Shown here: positions 35,572-48,034 of the stretch, piece after piece
How positions within the stretch are numbered: position 1 is the first letter of the stretch
Layout: every line of letters starts with the position of its first letter
NCBI RefSeq assembly: GCF_030144855.1
Contig: NC_082716.1
Coordinates: forward strand, 24,056,001 to 24,120,000
Length of the DNA stretch: 64,000 bases
Reading direction: 5' to 3'
From: Hypanus sabinus
Lineage: Eukaryota
The notes under the pieces: generated by a model
Databases searched by the model: none
Told to the model about the DNA's origin: nothing
What the model saw: the letters and a program-made list of their open reading frames with translations, nothing else
Position numbers and translations under genes: made by a program

Positions 35572-36530
35572 CCCGGACGAGGCACCAAATGTTGTAATAT
35601 GAACAAATTCACTGGAGAAACACAGTTGGTAGATGTAGTGCTTTACCTGGTATACTCCCTCACAAATAGCTGACAGAGAGAGACTCCCACTCCAACATTA
35701 CAGCCCATTTTTATATATTAAAGAACAAAAGTAAAAGGACAATTTCTATGTTACAATACCTCATAATGCTTCATTTGAGTTACATGTAAAGGCTGATTTG
35801 TCCTTCTGCGTAGTAGCCTACACCATAGCCTTCATAAGTGGCCTGCACCATTGTGAGCATTTCTACCTGTGCGTTGGTGTGTCTGGGTCCCTCTGCAATT
35901 CACTGCCAAAACGCTAGTTGGCGGTGGGGTTTCCATACCACTGTGTAGAGTTTCTTTGTGTACTTCAAACAATGGCGACTGAGCACAACATGTTGGAGTT
36001 GGAGCTAATAAATGTTGAACAAAGGTTAATTTTATTGAAATTATTGCAACACAGAAAAGACAGAAGACATCGGAGGAGATGGTATGTATGATCATTGAAC
36101 AAATTGAGGCAGAAGGAGGGTGAATTTTCTGTGCTTGTCTGGCCACTGAGAGCCATAGATGAGGAAATGCATTTCAAATATTTTCGGATGTCGGCAGGTA
36201 GATTTGACAATTTGGTTCAACGTCTCCAACCATTTATTTCACATCAGTGTATGTACAGTATGCCTGTAGACAGGAGGAAATGTGATGCTACCAAGCAGAC
36301 CAATCACAGTTGTTGCGGTCAGCGTTGCCATGATGCGCAGTTACATTTTTTAGAGAGGTGCGCATCAGGCTATGGCATAGGGTAGGGTGTAGGGTACAGT
36401 GTAGTTTACACGGCTACGCCATCCCTACAGCGTTCATTTGACGCAGAAGTATAAATCAGCCTTAACATTTCAAATCTATGTGTCTCCCCATTAACACACC
36501 CAAAATAAGTGTTAATTACTGTTGTATTCA
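35572..36530 (-). mobile_element. 5' LTR (35590-36530, interrupted by Harbinger) followed by a tRNA-Pro primer-binding site
   Basis: The minus strand reads TGAATACAAC...TATATAAAAA...ATTACAACA-tt-TGGTGCCTCGTCCGGG. The last 16 nt match the tRNA-Pro PBS TGGGGGCTCGTCCGGG at 14 of 16 positions. Confidence 0.65.
35790..36462 (+). mobile_element. Non-autonomous PIF/Harbinger DNA transposon (673 bp)
   Basis: The 22-bp TIRs are AGGCTGATTTGTCCTTCTGCGT and ACGCAGAAGTATAAATCAGCCT (20/22 match), with TAA TSDs at 35787-35789 and 36463-36465. It carries the transposase N-terminus RRRWYV...GEFSVLV...[22 protein letters not shown]. Confidence 0.92.
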
Positions 36531-36734
36531 TGCAATGGGATATCGATTGGATTCATGTGTATCTAGACAATCAATGGAAGTGCCTGTTTCCTGCTCTGTC
36601 TGGGTTGTATTTTACTGTTCTGAGCTGCATTTTAAATTTAATCTACAATCCATATTCAGATCTGAAGGTTAGTTGCTGAAATCAATGTTCTAAATACATC
36701 TTAACCCCAACAAAGGCCGAAAAAATTCAAGCCA

Positions 36735-36805
36735 GTAGCTACAAAGATATGAACGCTGCTTGACTCCTCAGCTACAAAGATATAAACGTAGCAATGACTC
36801 CTCAG
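36735..36805. repeat. About 34-bp imperfect tandem duplication
   Basis: AGCTACAAAGATATGAACGCTGCTTGACTCCTC followed by AGCTACAAAGATATAAACGTAGCAATGACTCCTC. Confidence 0.8.
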
Positions 36806-37959
36806 TTGACTGCTGCCTCATCCACTTTTTATCTCCACAACATGTCCCCAAAAACCAGAACCAGTAAAAACATTATCACAGGAAGATCCATGTCAAAGGT
36901 TTCAAACAGCACACAAAGACAGGTCTTTTTCAAAAACATCTCATAAATAATCTACCATCTCCCACCAGCGAGAACTGTGGAGTATACATGGTGCATGGGA
37001 TGACCTGCAGCCTGCCATAATTGATACCCGCAAGGATGTTTTTGGCTTCCATACCAAGATAAATCAACACTGCTCTGATGAGAAAATAACAAGAGGACAA
37101 GGATCTAATTAACCATAAGCACAAGATATTCCTGGTGTGGAAGTTCTACCATTCAACCAATGAAAAGTAACAGCACTATAATCAAGTTCAATGTTCTGCC
37201 AAGCATTGTAGACTTGTTATATCAGTGTCGGACTGTGTGGGGACACTTAAGGGCTGCCCCAGCACATCCTTGGATATGTTGGTTGTTCATGTGAATTTCA
37301 CTGTATGTTTTAAAGTACCTGTGATAAATAAATCCGAATCTACGTTTAAAAGTCAAAGTGCAGGAGGAAACCCTTCATCTAAAGAACTAATAATGGATGC
37401 CAAAGGTGAAGCAATTCACTGATATCAGTGACGTGTCTTCAGCCCATCTCCAGTTCAAATACCCGAGGCTCCACTCCACGGAGAGCCAAAGAAACAGGAA
37501 AATTTATAAAGTACAGAGAAGCAGTGAACACTTGCATTAAAGAACATTCGGAAGGTGTCCACTCTTGTGATCCTGTCACAAATGATTCCATTTCACCACA
37601 ATTATTCAGTCCTGGATTGCCATGGTTATCGGCTCAAAGTGAAGAAATGACCCTCAGGATTGTATTAGCTCATCTGTGCATTGGGATCACCAAGTAACCC
37701 TGCAAAACTGGTGGAAGAAATCCTCATCACTTGCCTTATTTGGCATCTCCTGCCCCATCAGTGAAAAGCTCTGGGGTCCCACATTTAGAATGGAATTTAG
37801 AATTATTTGTCTTACGGGACCATTGAGGAAGTAGAATTAAGATAATGAGCCATGGGTTGGGTTGGATTGTATACCCACTTCTTTCTTATGGATGCCCAAG
37901 AAGTATTTAAGCTTTGTCAGATATGAAAAGTATGAGTTAGATTTGCATTCTAACTTGCA

Positions 37960-38792
37960 CATTGTGGCAGGGCAAAACAAAGAGAGCCAACAGGAACGAG
38001 AGAAAATCTGCAGATGCTGCAACCTATTAGAACCCATTGAAAAACGCTGTCAAACTCCCAAAGTGCAGAAAAAAAAATGCTGCAAACAATAAAAGTAAGC
38101 AAATAACATTCAGACCAGAAGTTCACAAAAGTGAGTCCATAGCCATGAAGCCAGCCATTACTGCAGCCGATCCAGGAGACATGGCCTCAGTTCAGCACAG
38201 AGATGAGTAAGCCTTGTGGAGCAGCAAGCTGAACATAGGCCCATCCCTCTCCTTTGACCCCGACACTTTGACATGTACGATCTGGCCCAGCACTTAAATC
38301 GGTCAAACCTTGGGCTGTTCCTCTTAGACCCGGTCTTTGCTGCTTCAATACACTTCCAGGCCCAGGCCCTGCCACCTTAATTTGGCCCGTACCCAACCTT
38401 TCCAACTCGGCCCAGTGCTTAAATTGGCCAAACAGCAGGCGCTCTTCCCTCTCATGTCCAGGTCTCACTGATTCAACTTTGCCTTACCTCGTCTTAGTTC
38501 TGTCACATTAAGTCACCTCCAAATCCACTCCAGCAATGTCTGAACATCGGCTCATTCACTGCTTTTGGCCTGGGTCCCACCGCCTCAATTCAGCCCTTTA
38601 CCCACCACACTGCAATCATGCTGCATCTTCAAGACTTCAGTTTGTACCACAAAATTCCGAAAGGGAAGTTACAGGCTATTAATTGTAGTGATCATTTCCA
38701 AGAGAAAATGTGATTAATACAGTTATTTATTGTTTTGTTTATTGCCAGCAAGTCATTGCTGTACTTCACCTTAAGCCATCTTAAACCAGACT
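37960..38792 (-). mobile_element. Non-autonomous Rex1-tailed retroposon-like repeat
   Basis: The minus strand starts TCTGGTTTAAGATGGC and has a GC-rich body with internal repeats (GGCCCAG..CTTAAAT.GG.CAAAC). The Rex1-like 3' UTR is shared with 52460-52830. Confidence 0.5.
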
Positions 38793-40611
38793 GATAAAGA
38801 CCTGACAATGAAATAAACTCACTCTGATGATAAAGACATGATACTTTTTAAACAATACAATATCACAATGTAAACCTTGTCTGAGCTCCATTTCTAAGTG
38901 AACAGGATAAATAAATGTAAAACTAAAAACTGCTAACCACCTAGTTCTTAAAATTAGATAGATATTTTTTGCTTGCTTGTTTCAAACAACTATTTTGTAA
39001 CACAGATAGTCTTTAATATTTTCCTCTCTGCTTCACAATTTTCCTCCCATTTACAATGTTTCACAACTGATCATAAAATAAATTTATTAATTAACAAAGT
39101 CAGTCAACTGTTTTCTTTAAGACCCTGAGATTTGTGCTTTCTGCTGACTTATTTCAATGTGAAGACAAAATAGAATTACGACCATTTTGACCTTGGTTAT
39201 TTAACCGGGTAATCAAAACACAAAACGTGATGTTCATCTTAGACATTACACCTCATAATCTACTCTAAAGAAAAAATCAGGTGTAAAACCACTGTCTGTT
39301 GTTAATTACTGATTGATTGAAGAGTCTCATTGACTAAGTGTAATCAGAAATTACTTCCATTCACTAGATGAGTGAGAAAGACTAATAGCAAGGAGCAAAA
39401 GCAGAAGACTAATGAATCAAATCCATATTTTTTCAAACTAAGCCATCTGAGATGAGCAATTCGCACAACATGAACCAATGAAATTTTTGGAAACATTTTC
39501 CTTTCCTTATTGCCTAATGCAGTTTGGTAACAACAGGAAGTTGTTAATGAGAGCATAGCATAAAAATATATTTTTAAAAAATCCACAGTTCCAAAAAGAA
39601 AACGGTTGTGTTTGTCTGAAAGATGTTGGCCCTCCATGGGTTGATTCCTTGGGTCCTTGGGCTTGGGTTCTCTTTCCATCCTAAAGCTTCGACGTTTTGC
39701 CTGGGCTTCGGGTTGGTCAATAACCCTAACAATTTTTTTTTCTGTGAGGGGGGGAAATGTTCATACTACTTCCAAGTGTACACAAAACCTATTCTCTCAA
39801 TTTTTGTTCTGATTACTGCCACAATAACAGACATAATAGCAATTGAATTTACTATCCCAGCACATTGTTAATTCACTCTCCCAATCTCCACCATGTCAAG
39901 TCCCAGCAAAACATCACACCCGACCCATTGAACACTATTTCTATATGTTCTTAGTGTGCTCATGTTATTGTTAGTGTTCAGAAGCTTCACTTTTATAGTT
40001 ACTTCAATTACTAATTTCTTCTGTAAAATCAGGTCTTCACCAGTTCATGGTAGAAGATGAAATGAATTCCTAAAACTCACTACTCCAAAAAATAATTCAC
40101 TTGACTACAAAGGAAAAGACAGCATAAAGCCTTAGGCACTGGCATTTTAATTTAATAATACAATTCAATTTTATTTTGTTGTTCATCATGTGACTGAAAT
40201 GCTTAAATCTACTTGGAGTGGCTGGGTTCACCAAGGCAATGTAATGCCTTCTGAAGCAGAAGATTTCAAGTCTGTCCTTACTTCCATGGACAGATTTTTG
40301 CAGCTATATGTGAGAAGAAGATCTTCAAATTTGAAATCAAACATTAACAAAACTCAACACTGCAGCTAAATATTTATCAAAGAAAGATTTGCTTTAAACT
40401 TGGCGACTTTAGAAAGTAAAGTCGGAAAGAATAATCTGGGGATTCTTAGAAAATCTCCAAACATAGAAGAATATGATTCACTGCATAACAATCAAAAAAC
40501 ATCTCCCACATTGACTTGCAGAGAGAATGCATCACATGCAAAACTGACTGTGTAACTTTTTTGTGCATTTTTAACGGACTGTTTGATGTGTTCAATATTT
40601 AATTTGAAAAT

Positions 40612-41128
40612 AGATTTAAGTTCAAATTGCATTTATTATCAAAGTATGTATACAGAATACAGTTCTGAGATTTGTCCTCCCACAGACAGCCATGAAACAA
40701 GGAAACACTATGGGACTGATTCAAGAAAGTATCAAACACCCATCGTGGGAAAAAAGAACAAATTGTTGGGAAAAAGTGAGCGAACCACACATAGAATATC
40801 CAAATCAAACCAGGGGTATTCTGCTTAGTTCAGTTCAGTGCCATGCCACTAGTCCGCTGCAGGTCACAGGGCCATTCTTCACTGTAGCGCCTCAATCTGC
40901 ATTGATCAAACTGCTCAAAGACAGTGAAATACAAGAGTAACCAGAATTGAGGAACACATGCAACATGAAGCTCAAAGTCCCGCAAAAAGAGTCCTCAGCT
41001 GACTTGCAGTGTGGATTACAAGATTCCTGCACTTTCCTCTGTCAGCAGCAAGTGAGAGGGAGAGCAAGACTGGTCAAGCACAGGCAGATGGCACCGAACA
41101 CTCACCCATCCTCTGGTCTCGTCCTCAC
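40612..41128 (-). mobile_element. Non-autonomous Rex1-tailed repeat
   Basis: The Rex1-type tail on the + strand, TTCAAATTGCATTTATTATCAAAGTATGTATAC, is nearly identical to 52463-52500. The body is non-coding. Confidence 0.55.
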
Positions 41129-41142
41129 CAAGAAAGATCCTA

Positions 41143-41550
41143 TAAATTCATATTTAAGTATAGATCGTTGGAAGAATGAAGTTTTCAGGGGCATTCCACT
41201 TGAAAAAAATACTTATAATTTAAGAGATAAATATGAAATATTTCTGAAAATTTGGTGCCCTTATTTACAAAAGATACGATTAAATATATAGGTGCTCCAA
41301 AGATAAAATTATTGGTTATCTGGGGAAAGAAATAAATATATATTCTAAAGCTATTATGAATTCCATGGAGCATGTGGGGATCTTCCGATATCCAGGCACT
41401 CTCTTTCTTTCTTTTTTCTTCTCTTTTTTATCTCTTTCTATAGGGATATGTTGGGGAAGGGTTGATAATTTTTTTTTCTTTCTGTAACCTATTTGAAAAT
41501 TCAATTAAAAAAATATTTTAAAAAGTAGTAGGTATATATAAAAAGAAAGA
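41143..41550 (+). mobile_element. 5'-truncated L1-clade LINE with 13-bp TSD
   Basis: ORF2 C-terminus RWKNEV...LEKNTYNLRDKYEIFLKIWCPYL*, a T-rich UTR and an A-rich tail. The TSD AAGAAAGATCCTA lies at 41130-41142 and 41551-41563. Confidence 0.88.
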
Positions 41551-42094
41551 AAGAAAGATCCTAGTATGGTACAATTGACCTATCAAGTATGGCAGGACAG
41601 TTTGGGTTTGTATTCTTTGAAGTTTAGAAGAATTGGGGTGTGATATTATTTAAACATAAAAGACCCCAAGGGGTCTTGACAGGGTAGATATTAAGATGTT
41701 TCCACCAGTAGGAGAACTATAAACAAATGAACTATGGGGGACAGGAAAGGAACTGCTGGTTCTCTCTGGAAAGTGGGGTGGAATTTATTTTAGATTAGAA
41801 TGGATGATAAGATTAGCTTTACATGTCATATGTGCATCGAAACATTCAGTGAAACATGTTGTTTGCATCAAATCAAATCAGTGAGGATTGTACTGGGCAG
41901 CCTGCAAGTGTCGAGGTAACTGTTGTTGCTGATAATAAAGAAACTAAAATCACTGGGCCCAGAACACATGCACTCTTTTGACTTAATCAAGCTTTTTACT
42001 TACTTGGGTACAAGGTAAACAGTATGGGCCCCTGTCACCCACACTGTTCTGAAGTCAAAACAGACAGTCCCAGGCAACTCAATCTCTAGTCATA

Positions 42095-43053
42095 GTCACC
42101 CCCTCATCTCGGGCATCAACCTGGCGAACCGCCTCATCACTGCCTCCAAAGCCAGTATATCCTTTGTCAAGTGAGGAGACCAGAACTGCACACAGTACTC
42201 CAGGTGCGGCCTCACCAGTACCCTGTATAGTTGCAGCATGACCTCTCTGCTCTTAAATTCAATCCTTCTAGCAATGAAGGCCAACATTCCATTTGCCTTC
42301 TTGATAGCCTGCTGCACCTGCAAACCAACCTTTTGTACTTCATTTACAAGCACTCTGAAGTCCCTCTGCACAGCAACTTGCTACAAATCTTTGCCATTTA
42401 AATAATAATCTGAGCTTCCATTTTTCCTTCCAAAGTGGATGACCTCACTTTTACCAACATTGTAGTCCATTTGCCTGATCCTTGCCCACTCGCTTAACCT
42501 ATCTATATCTCTCTGCAGACTCTCCTATATCTTCTGCACAATTTGCTTTTCCACTCAATTTAGTGTCATCAGCAAACTTAGATACACTATACTTGATCCC
42601 CTCTTCCAGATCATTGATGTATATCGTGAGCAGTTGCGGACCCAGCACCGACCCCTGTGGCACACCACTCACCACTGATTGCCAACCAGAGTAACACCTG
42701 TGTATTGCAACTCTCTGCTTTCTATTAGTTAGCCAATCCTCTATCCATGCTAATCCATCACCTCCAACTCTATGCATCCTCGTCTTATGGATAAGTCTTT
42801 TATGCAGCACCTTCTCAAATGCCTTCTGGAAATCCAAGTAAATAACATCTATCTGTTCCCCTCTATCCACTGCACTCATTATAGCCTCAAAGAACTCCAG
42901 TAAGTTTATCAAACAAGACCTGCTTTTGTTGAATCCATGCTGTGTCTGCCTGATGAATCTATTTCTTTCCAGATGCCTCGCTATTTCTTCCTTAATGATA
43001 GCTTCAAGCATTTTCCCAACTATAGATGTTAAATTAACTAGCCTATAGTTACC
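42095..43053 (-). mobile_element. CR1 RT fragment, relatively intact
   Basis: NYRLVNLTSIVGKMLE, QHGF, YLDFQKAF, SGVPQGSVLGP, SKFADDTKL and LVRPHLEYCVQFWSP. Confidence 0.92.
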
Positions 43054-44439
43054 TGAAGGAAGTAACATCGATGTCAAATCACCTGAGTTCTTGGATGAGA
43101 GGGAATTGTGATCAGATCTGTTGCTATTGAATCTATCCACAAGCGTCCTGCTTTAAGAGGTCCCAGACCTTGTATTGAGGGGTTACAGAATGCCCGTGTC
43201 AGATCTCTTTTAATGTAGGTTGCTTATTACATGACAGTGGCAATGACGGGAGATGAGGCTTTGCTGAATGAACAATAACACAGACACACAGAAACATGTG
43301 GAAATCCAGTACATAGACACACACACATACGTAAGTGGGCTTAGGTGCAGATGTTCCTGCCCACTGCCTCCTTTTCTCTTTCTTCCTCACTCACCCCTCA
43401 CCCTTGATCCTCCCTCACACTAAATTTCCTCTTCTGCAGTGTCCTCAGATCTCCGGCCCCTTCACAAACTTTTGCCTGCACATTAAAATTCAGCCTAAGA
43501 GTATACCAGTCAGTGCAAGAATACACAAAGCAAGGACATATTTAGTAATTCCAGGAGGACAGAAGCAATTTGTTCACAGCAATCCAATAATAAATAACTT
43601 GAAGTAGCGTTAATATATTTGAGCTAGAATTATTAATAGCCCTAATATTAAACCAGATCAGATTAAGGTCTTTAAGATGTGTGACACTAATTTTTTGCTT
43701 AACAATGGTGTGCATGAAATGAATTTCTAGTTCATTCATCCCATTGTTCACAAGTGCAATATCCTGTGCTTCATAATATATATTTGTTCTTACCCTGTGT
43801 AAGGCATGCACTTTTAGGAAGGAAAACACCATAAACTCAGATCAGATTGCAGAAAAGAAATTGAAAGAAAGAATTCTGCAACTCTCTTAGATGATCAAAG
43901 CTAGTCCAGGTCATGACTCTGGCCCAGATGGATGTCAATACACATCCTTTGTACTAAGTAATATCTGAACCAGGCAGAGATAGCAGTAGACCTCATTTCA
44001 AGGAATTTAGTAAATCAGCAATCATCAGAATCTAGCAACATTTCCACAGTACTCTGGGAGAACAACTGCCTTGTAACTTCTAATTTGATTTTGGCCTTAT
44101 ACAATTGTGGTCCTCAGCTTAGTTGAAGTAAAGTTTCCACCTAAGTAAAATCTATTTCCTTTATCATTTCATAATATTTGATAAATCGCTTTGGATTTCC
44201 AAGATGTGGAGCCGTAGCTCGAAATAGCCATTGTTTGGGTACTATGATACCCCAATCTGCAATCAGCTTATCGGGGCACCTCTGCATTCTTTTTAAAGTT
44301 TAAATATTACCCACTATTTGAGGGACAAAAGCAATATATTCTAGCTGTTAATATATTTACTAAAGAATTTCTGGCCAACATTCTCCTTGCCCGCTTGTCT
44401 AACACTATATGAACATTTGCTAGTGACAAACCCATGAAT

Positions 44440-45060
44440 CAAGTATTTTCTACAATTCTGGTTCTTCTTCTGCAACCTCTCCAAAGCCTTAGCTTTCTTC
44501 CTATAAGGGGTGACCAGAGCTGCAAATAATACTCTAGATGAATCCTAATTGGAGTTTTATATGGCTGCAACTTAACTTCCTGACTTTTGAACTCAATGCC
44601 TTGATTAATAACGTCAAGCATGCCATATTCCTTCTTAACTACCCAATCAAGCTGCATAACCAATTTCAGGGAGCTATGAACTTGGACCCCAAGGTCCCTC
44701 TGCTCTTACATCTACCCTGTCAACACTGCTAAGGATCTTATATGTTTTATCATTCTTCTAAACTTGAAAGAATACAAACCCAATCTGTCCAGCCTTACTT
44801 GACAGGACAACTGTATCATACCAGGATTTTGCTTGGTGAATCTCCTTTGGATTGCCACTATATTCTTTTGTTAAATAACGACACCAATAATGTGCTTAGC
44901 TGTGGATGACCAACCTCCTGTAGAACTGTAGCAAGATCTCCCTATTCTTGAACTCCAACCTCTTTACAATAAAGGCCGACTAGCTATGTTAATTCCTGGT
45001 TGGACCTACTTCTTAACTTTAATTAATAGGTTCCAGTATGTGCACCCTAATATCAAACTC
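44440..45060 (-). mobile_element. Two degenerate CR1 3' coding fragments
   Basis: ORF 44439-44663 contains GIEFKSQEV...HLEYYLQLWSP. A second similar block lies at about 44750-45060. Confidence 0.7.
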
Positions 45061-45184
45061 TTGAAACAGACACGATTCTAAACTCTGCCATAACAAGAGA
45101 TTACCTGGACACGAGGGGGGAAAGATTCGAGGATGTTCCCAAAACCTCTTGGGCATCTCCAGCCCTAGTCTGCTTAAAATGTAG

Positions 45185-45375
45185 AGTCTTATGACCAGCA
45201 GTTGCCCATGCTGCAAGTCTCCCCTCTCCATGCCACTGATGTTGTCCAAGGGAAGGGCAAGGCACCGGTGTCATGCAGAGCGATATGTAATTAGTTAAGT
45301 GCTGCCTTAGCTGAGGCTTGAACTAGCAACCTTCAGATCACTAGACCAATGCCTTAACCACTTGGTCATGTGGAA
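45185..45375 (-). mobile_element. tRNA-headed SINE with RTE-5'-like body
   Basis: The tRNA-like head on the + strand is CTTGAACTAGCAACCTTCAGATCACTAGACCAATGCCTTAACCACTTGG. The body, GTTGCCCATGCTGCAAGTCTCCCCTCTCCATGCC...CCAAGGGAAGGGCAAGG, resembles RTE leader sequence as recalled from memory. Confidence 0.55.
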
Positions 45376-45499
45376 ACACAACATAAGTAGCAAAGCCAGC
45401 ACACTACTCGTCTGCCCACCCCATCAAACACATGGCATTTCATCTCATATTCAGTCTGGGATGCCTCAGATCTGATGCATGAACATTTATTTCTCTAAT

Positions 45500-45790
45500 T
45501 TTTAGTAATTTCTCTCCCCCACCATCACTTCTTCCCATACCCGTCTCTCTTTTTGCATTCCCTACTATTAGATTCCTTCTTCACTGCTTTGTACAACATT
45601 CCCCCCCCACCTCCACCCACCCACCTTCCCCTTGACCAAGTCTCACCTATCAACTGCCAGCTTGTACTCCCCCTTCTGACTCTGGCTTCTGACCTTTCCT
45701 TTCCAGTCCTGATGAAGAGCCTCAGCCCTCCAAAGATGCCACCTGACTTGTTGAGTTCTTCCAGCAATTTGTGTGTGTTGCCTCTTCATC
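45500..45790 (+). mobile_element. Penelope-like 3' UTR and terminal repeat (hammerhead partly deleted)
   Basis: ...CCAGTCCTGATGAAGAGCCTCAGCCC...GATGCCACCTGACTTGTTGAGTTCTTCCAGCA. Confidence 0.75.
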
Positions 45791-46381
45791 TGTAGCAGAG
45801 TGTAGTAGTTCCCAGAGAGCCCTCCAGTGTCTTTCTATAAACCTACAGAACTGAAATGAAAGTGGGATCACCCCCAACCCCAAGGGAGTAATTAGGAAAA
45901 GAGGGTGTTAAAACTGGTAAAATTTTAAGCAATTTTAGAACCTGATTAACAACCAAGCTACATCTGTAATTAACGTTGTATATCAGGGAGCAAGTGAACA
46001 ACATCTTAGAGAGAGGTGGGTTGTCAATTTCAATATGCTAATCTTTTGATTACAGTAGTGTTGACAATTATTTTGCAAATTATGATCACATTCACGTACA
46101 TCTTCCCTTCTTTGGAACTGTTCTGTGGAAACAAGGTGAGAAGACAGTAGACATGAGAACGCAATATGAGACTAAAAACAGAAATCACGCATCTGGTTCT
46201 GTGCAAGATTGCATTGGAGGTATTTATATTGAGAGGCTAGCTTGACAACTCTGCAAGTTTCATTGAGAACACTGAAGGATTGTATATCTAATCTCCATTT
46301 ATTTATTTATTCTGTCCTAGTCCAGGTCTTAAATAAAGATGGCATTGACTAGCAAGAGCAGACACAGTTCCAGTATCAGTG

Positions 46382-46800
46382 TTGAAGTCAAAGTCAATGG
46401 AAGTTTATTACCAAAATGTGTATTATTTCACTATATACTACCTTGAAATTCATTTTCTTGCAGGCATTTACAGGAAAATAAAGTCATACAATATAATGAA
46501 AAAAAAGCTATACATAACAAAGAAGGACAAACAACCAATGTGCATAAGAAGACAAATAGTGCCAAAAAAAATACTGAGAAAATGTGTCATAGAATCCAAA
46601 CTGTAGGTTGTGGAATCAGTTCAGAGTTGAGGTAAGCGAAGTTGCACCGGTTCAGGAGCCTAATGTTTGTAGAATAATAACTGTTCCTGAATCTGGTGGT
46701 GTAGGAACTAAGGTCCCTATATCACCTGCCCCTTGGTAGTAGCCGGAAGAGAGCATGGTTTGGATGGTGGGGGCTTTGATGATGGATGCTGCCTTCATAA
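46382..46800 (-). mobile_element. Rex1/Babar 3' end
   Basis: MKAASIIKAP coding remnant and Rex1-type 3' UTR. Confidence 0.75.
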
Positions 46801-46884
46801 CTAATAGCTGGAATATCAGGTGCAGCATCAATAGAAAAATCAGCTGGAGGGGTTTGAACATGTGGGACTAGCATTAGCCTGGTC

Positions 46885-47570
46885 TTCATAGATCTCCACC
46901 CTGTGGGAAAGAAGGGCCTGTATTGTGCTGTAGGTTTTCTATGTTTCTATGCATATAATGACTTATACACCTATTCCCAAAGAGGAAATGGGTAATACAA
47001 GGGAGTGTAATTTTACAGTATTGGGAGTAAAGCATAAGGGGGATGTCAGAAGTAGGTGCTTTACTCAGAGAATGCTGGAATGCACTGTCAGGGGTGGTGG
47101 TGAAGGCAGATACATTAGGGATTTTTAAGAGACTCTCAGATACGCACATGGATAAATGAACCACAGAGGAAGAGGCTGGGCAGGCTAGGACTATTCCTTG
47201 GAGAGCAGGAAATTGAGGGCTGATGTTGTAAAGGTGTATAAAATCATGAATATTATAGATAGGTTGAATGCACACAGTTTCACCCCCCCCCCCACCCCCA
47301 AGAAAGGGAATCAAAAACTAGAGGGCGAGAAAACTAGAGGAAAGATTTAAAAGGGAGTTGAAGGGCAGCTTCTTCATGCAGAGGGTAGTGCATTTATGTA
47401 ATGGATTGCCAGCTGAGGTGATTGAGGCAGATGCAACATTTAAACAGCACTTCAATGGGGTACCTGGATTGGAAAGGTTCAAGGCACAGAAATGGCACAA
47501 GTTTGGGAGTGCTTGGCCGGTGTGGATAAGTTAGGTCTAAGGACCTGTCACCATGCTCTATTGCTCAGAC
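46885..47570. mobile_element. Cluster of short CR1 3'-end fragments
   Basis: GAAGGGCCTGTATTGTGCTGTAGGTTTTCTATGTTTCTATG tail, plus KTRG and FFMQRVV-type remnants. Confidence 0.65.
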
Positions 47571-47717
47571 TGATTGAAGAATTGTACCTTTGAGAAACCC
47601 ATTTAAGGACAGACTGTTTATAAGCAGAATGGACATACATCAGCATGTCTGCGTCTTGAGTGATTCAAGGCTTTTTGTCAGATATGCACCAGTGCATTAC
47701 CAGCCTACACCTCTCCA

Positions 47718-47980
47718 AGGATTGTCACCTCGTGATGGAGAAGTTTGTGAACTCCTAAGATACTGAGAGCAATGCCAACCGGGGTTTCGCCATCTGACAC
47801 TGAGTCACTCATGGTGGTAAGGTCAAGGAGGTGGTTCTAGCCAAAGAACAATCCAACCAAGACCTCAATGGTCGAGCTGTCAGAAGATGATGAAGTACGC
47901 ATTGACAGTAAAGTTAGAGGAAGGCTCAGCCATGAAGGGTCCCCAGTCGTCTTGCACTCCTTGCCACTGGACCCTGGACA
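47718..47980 (+). mobile_element. RTE-clade 5' UTR fragment
   Basis: GATTGTCACCTCGTGATGGAG...GAGTCACTCATGGTGGTAAGGTCAAGG...CAAAGAACAATCCAACCAAGACCTCAATGG, with the same motif order as 9846-10000. Confidence 0.55.
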
Positions 47981-48034
47981 AAGCATTCCTCACCCACAAA
48001 AACCCAGAACTATTCATTAACATCAAATGCGGAC

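Noticed and set aside
37428-37697. 89-aa ORF in unique sequence
   Set aside because: It has no recognisable motif, a non-ATG start and no convincing splice sites, and its length is compatible with chance.
41917-43350. LTR split by the CR1 at 42095-43053
   Set aside because: The flanks look LTR-like in composition, but I could not define termini, a TSD or a PBS.
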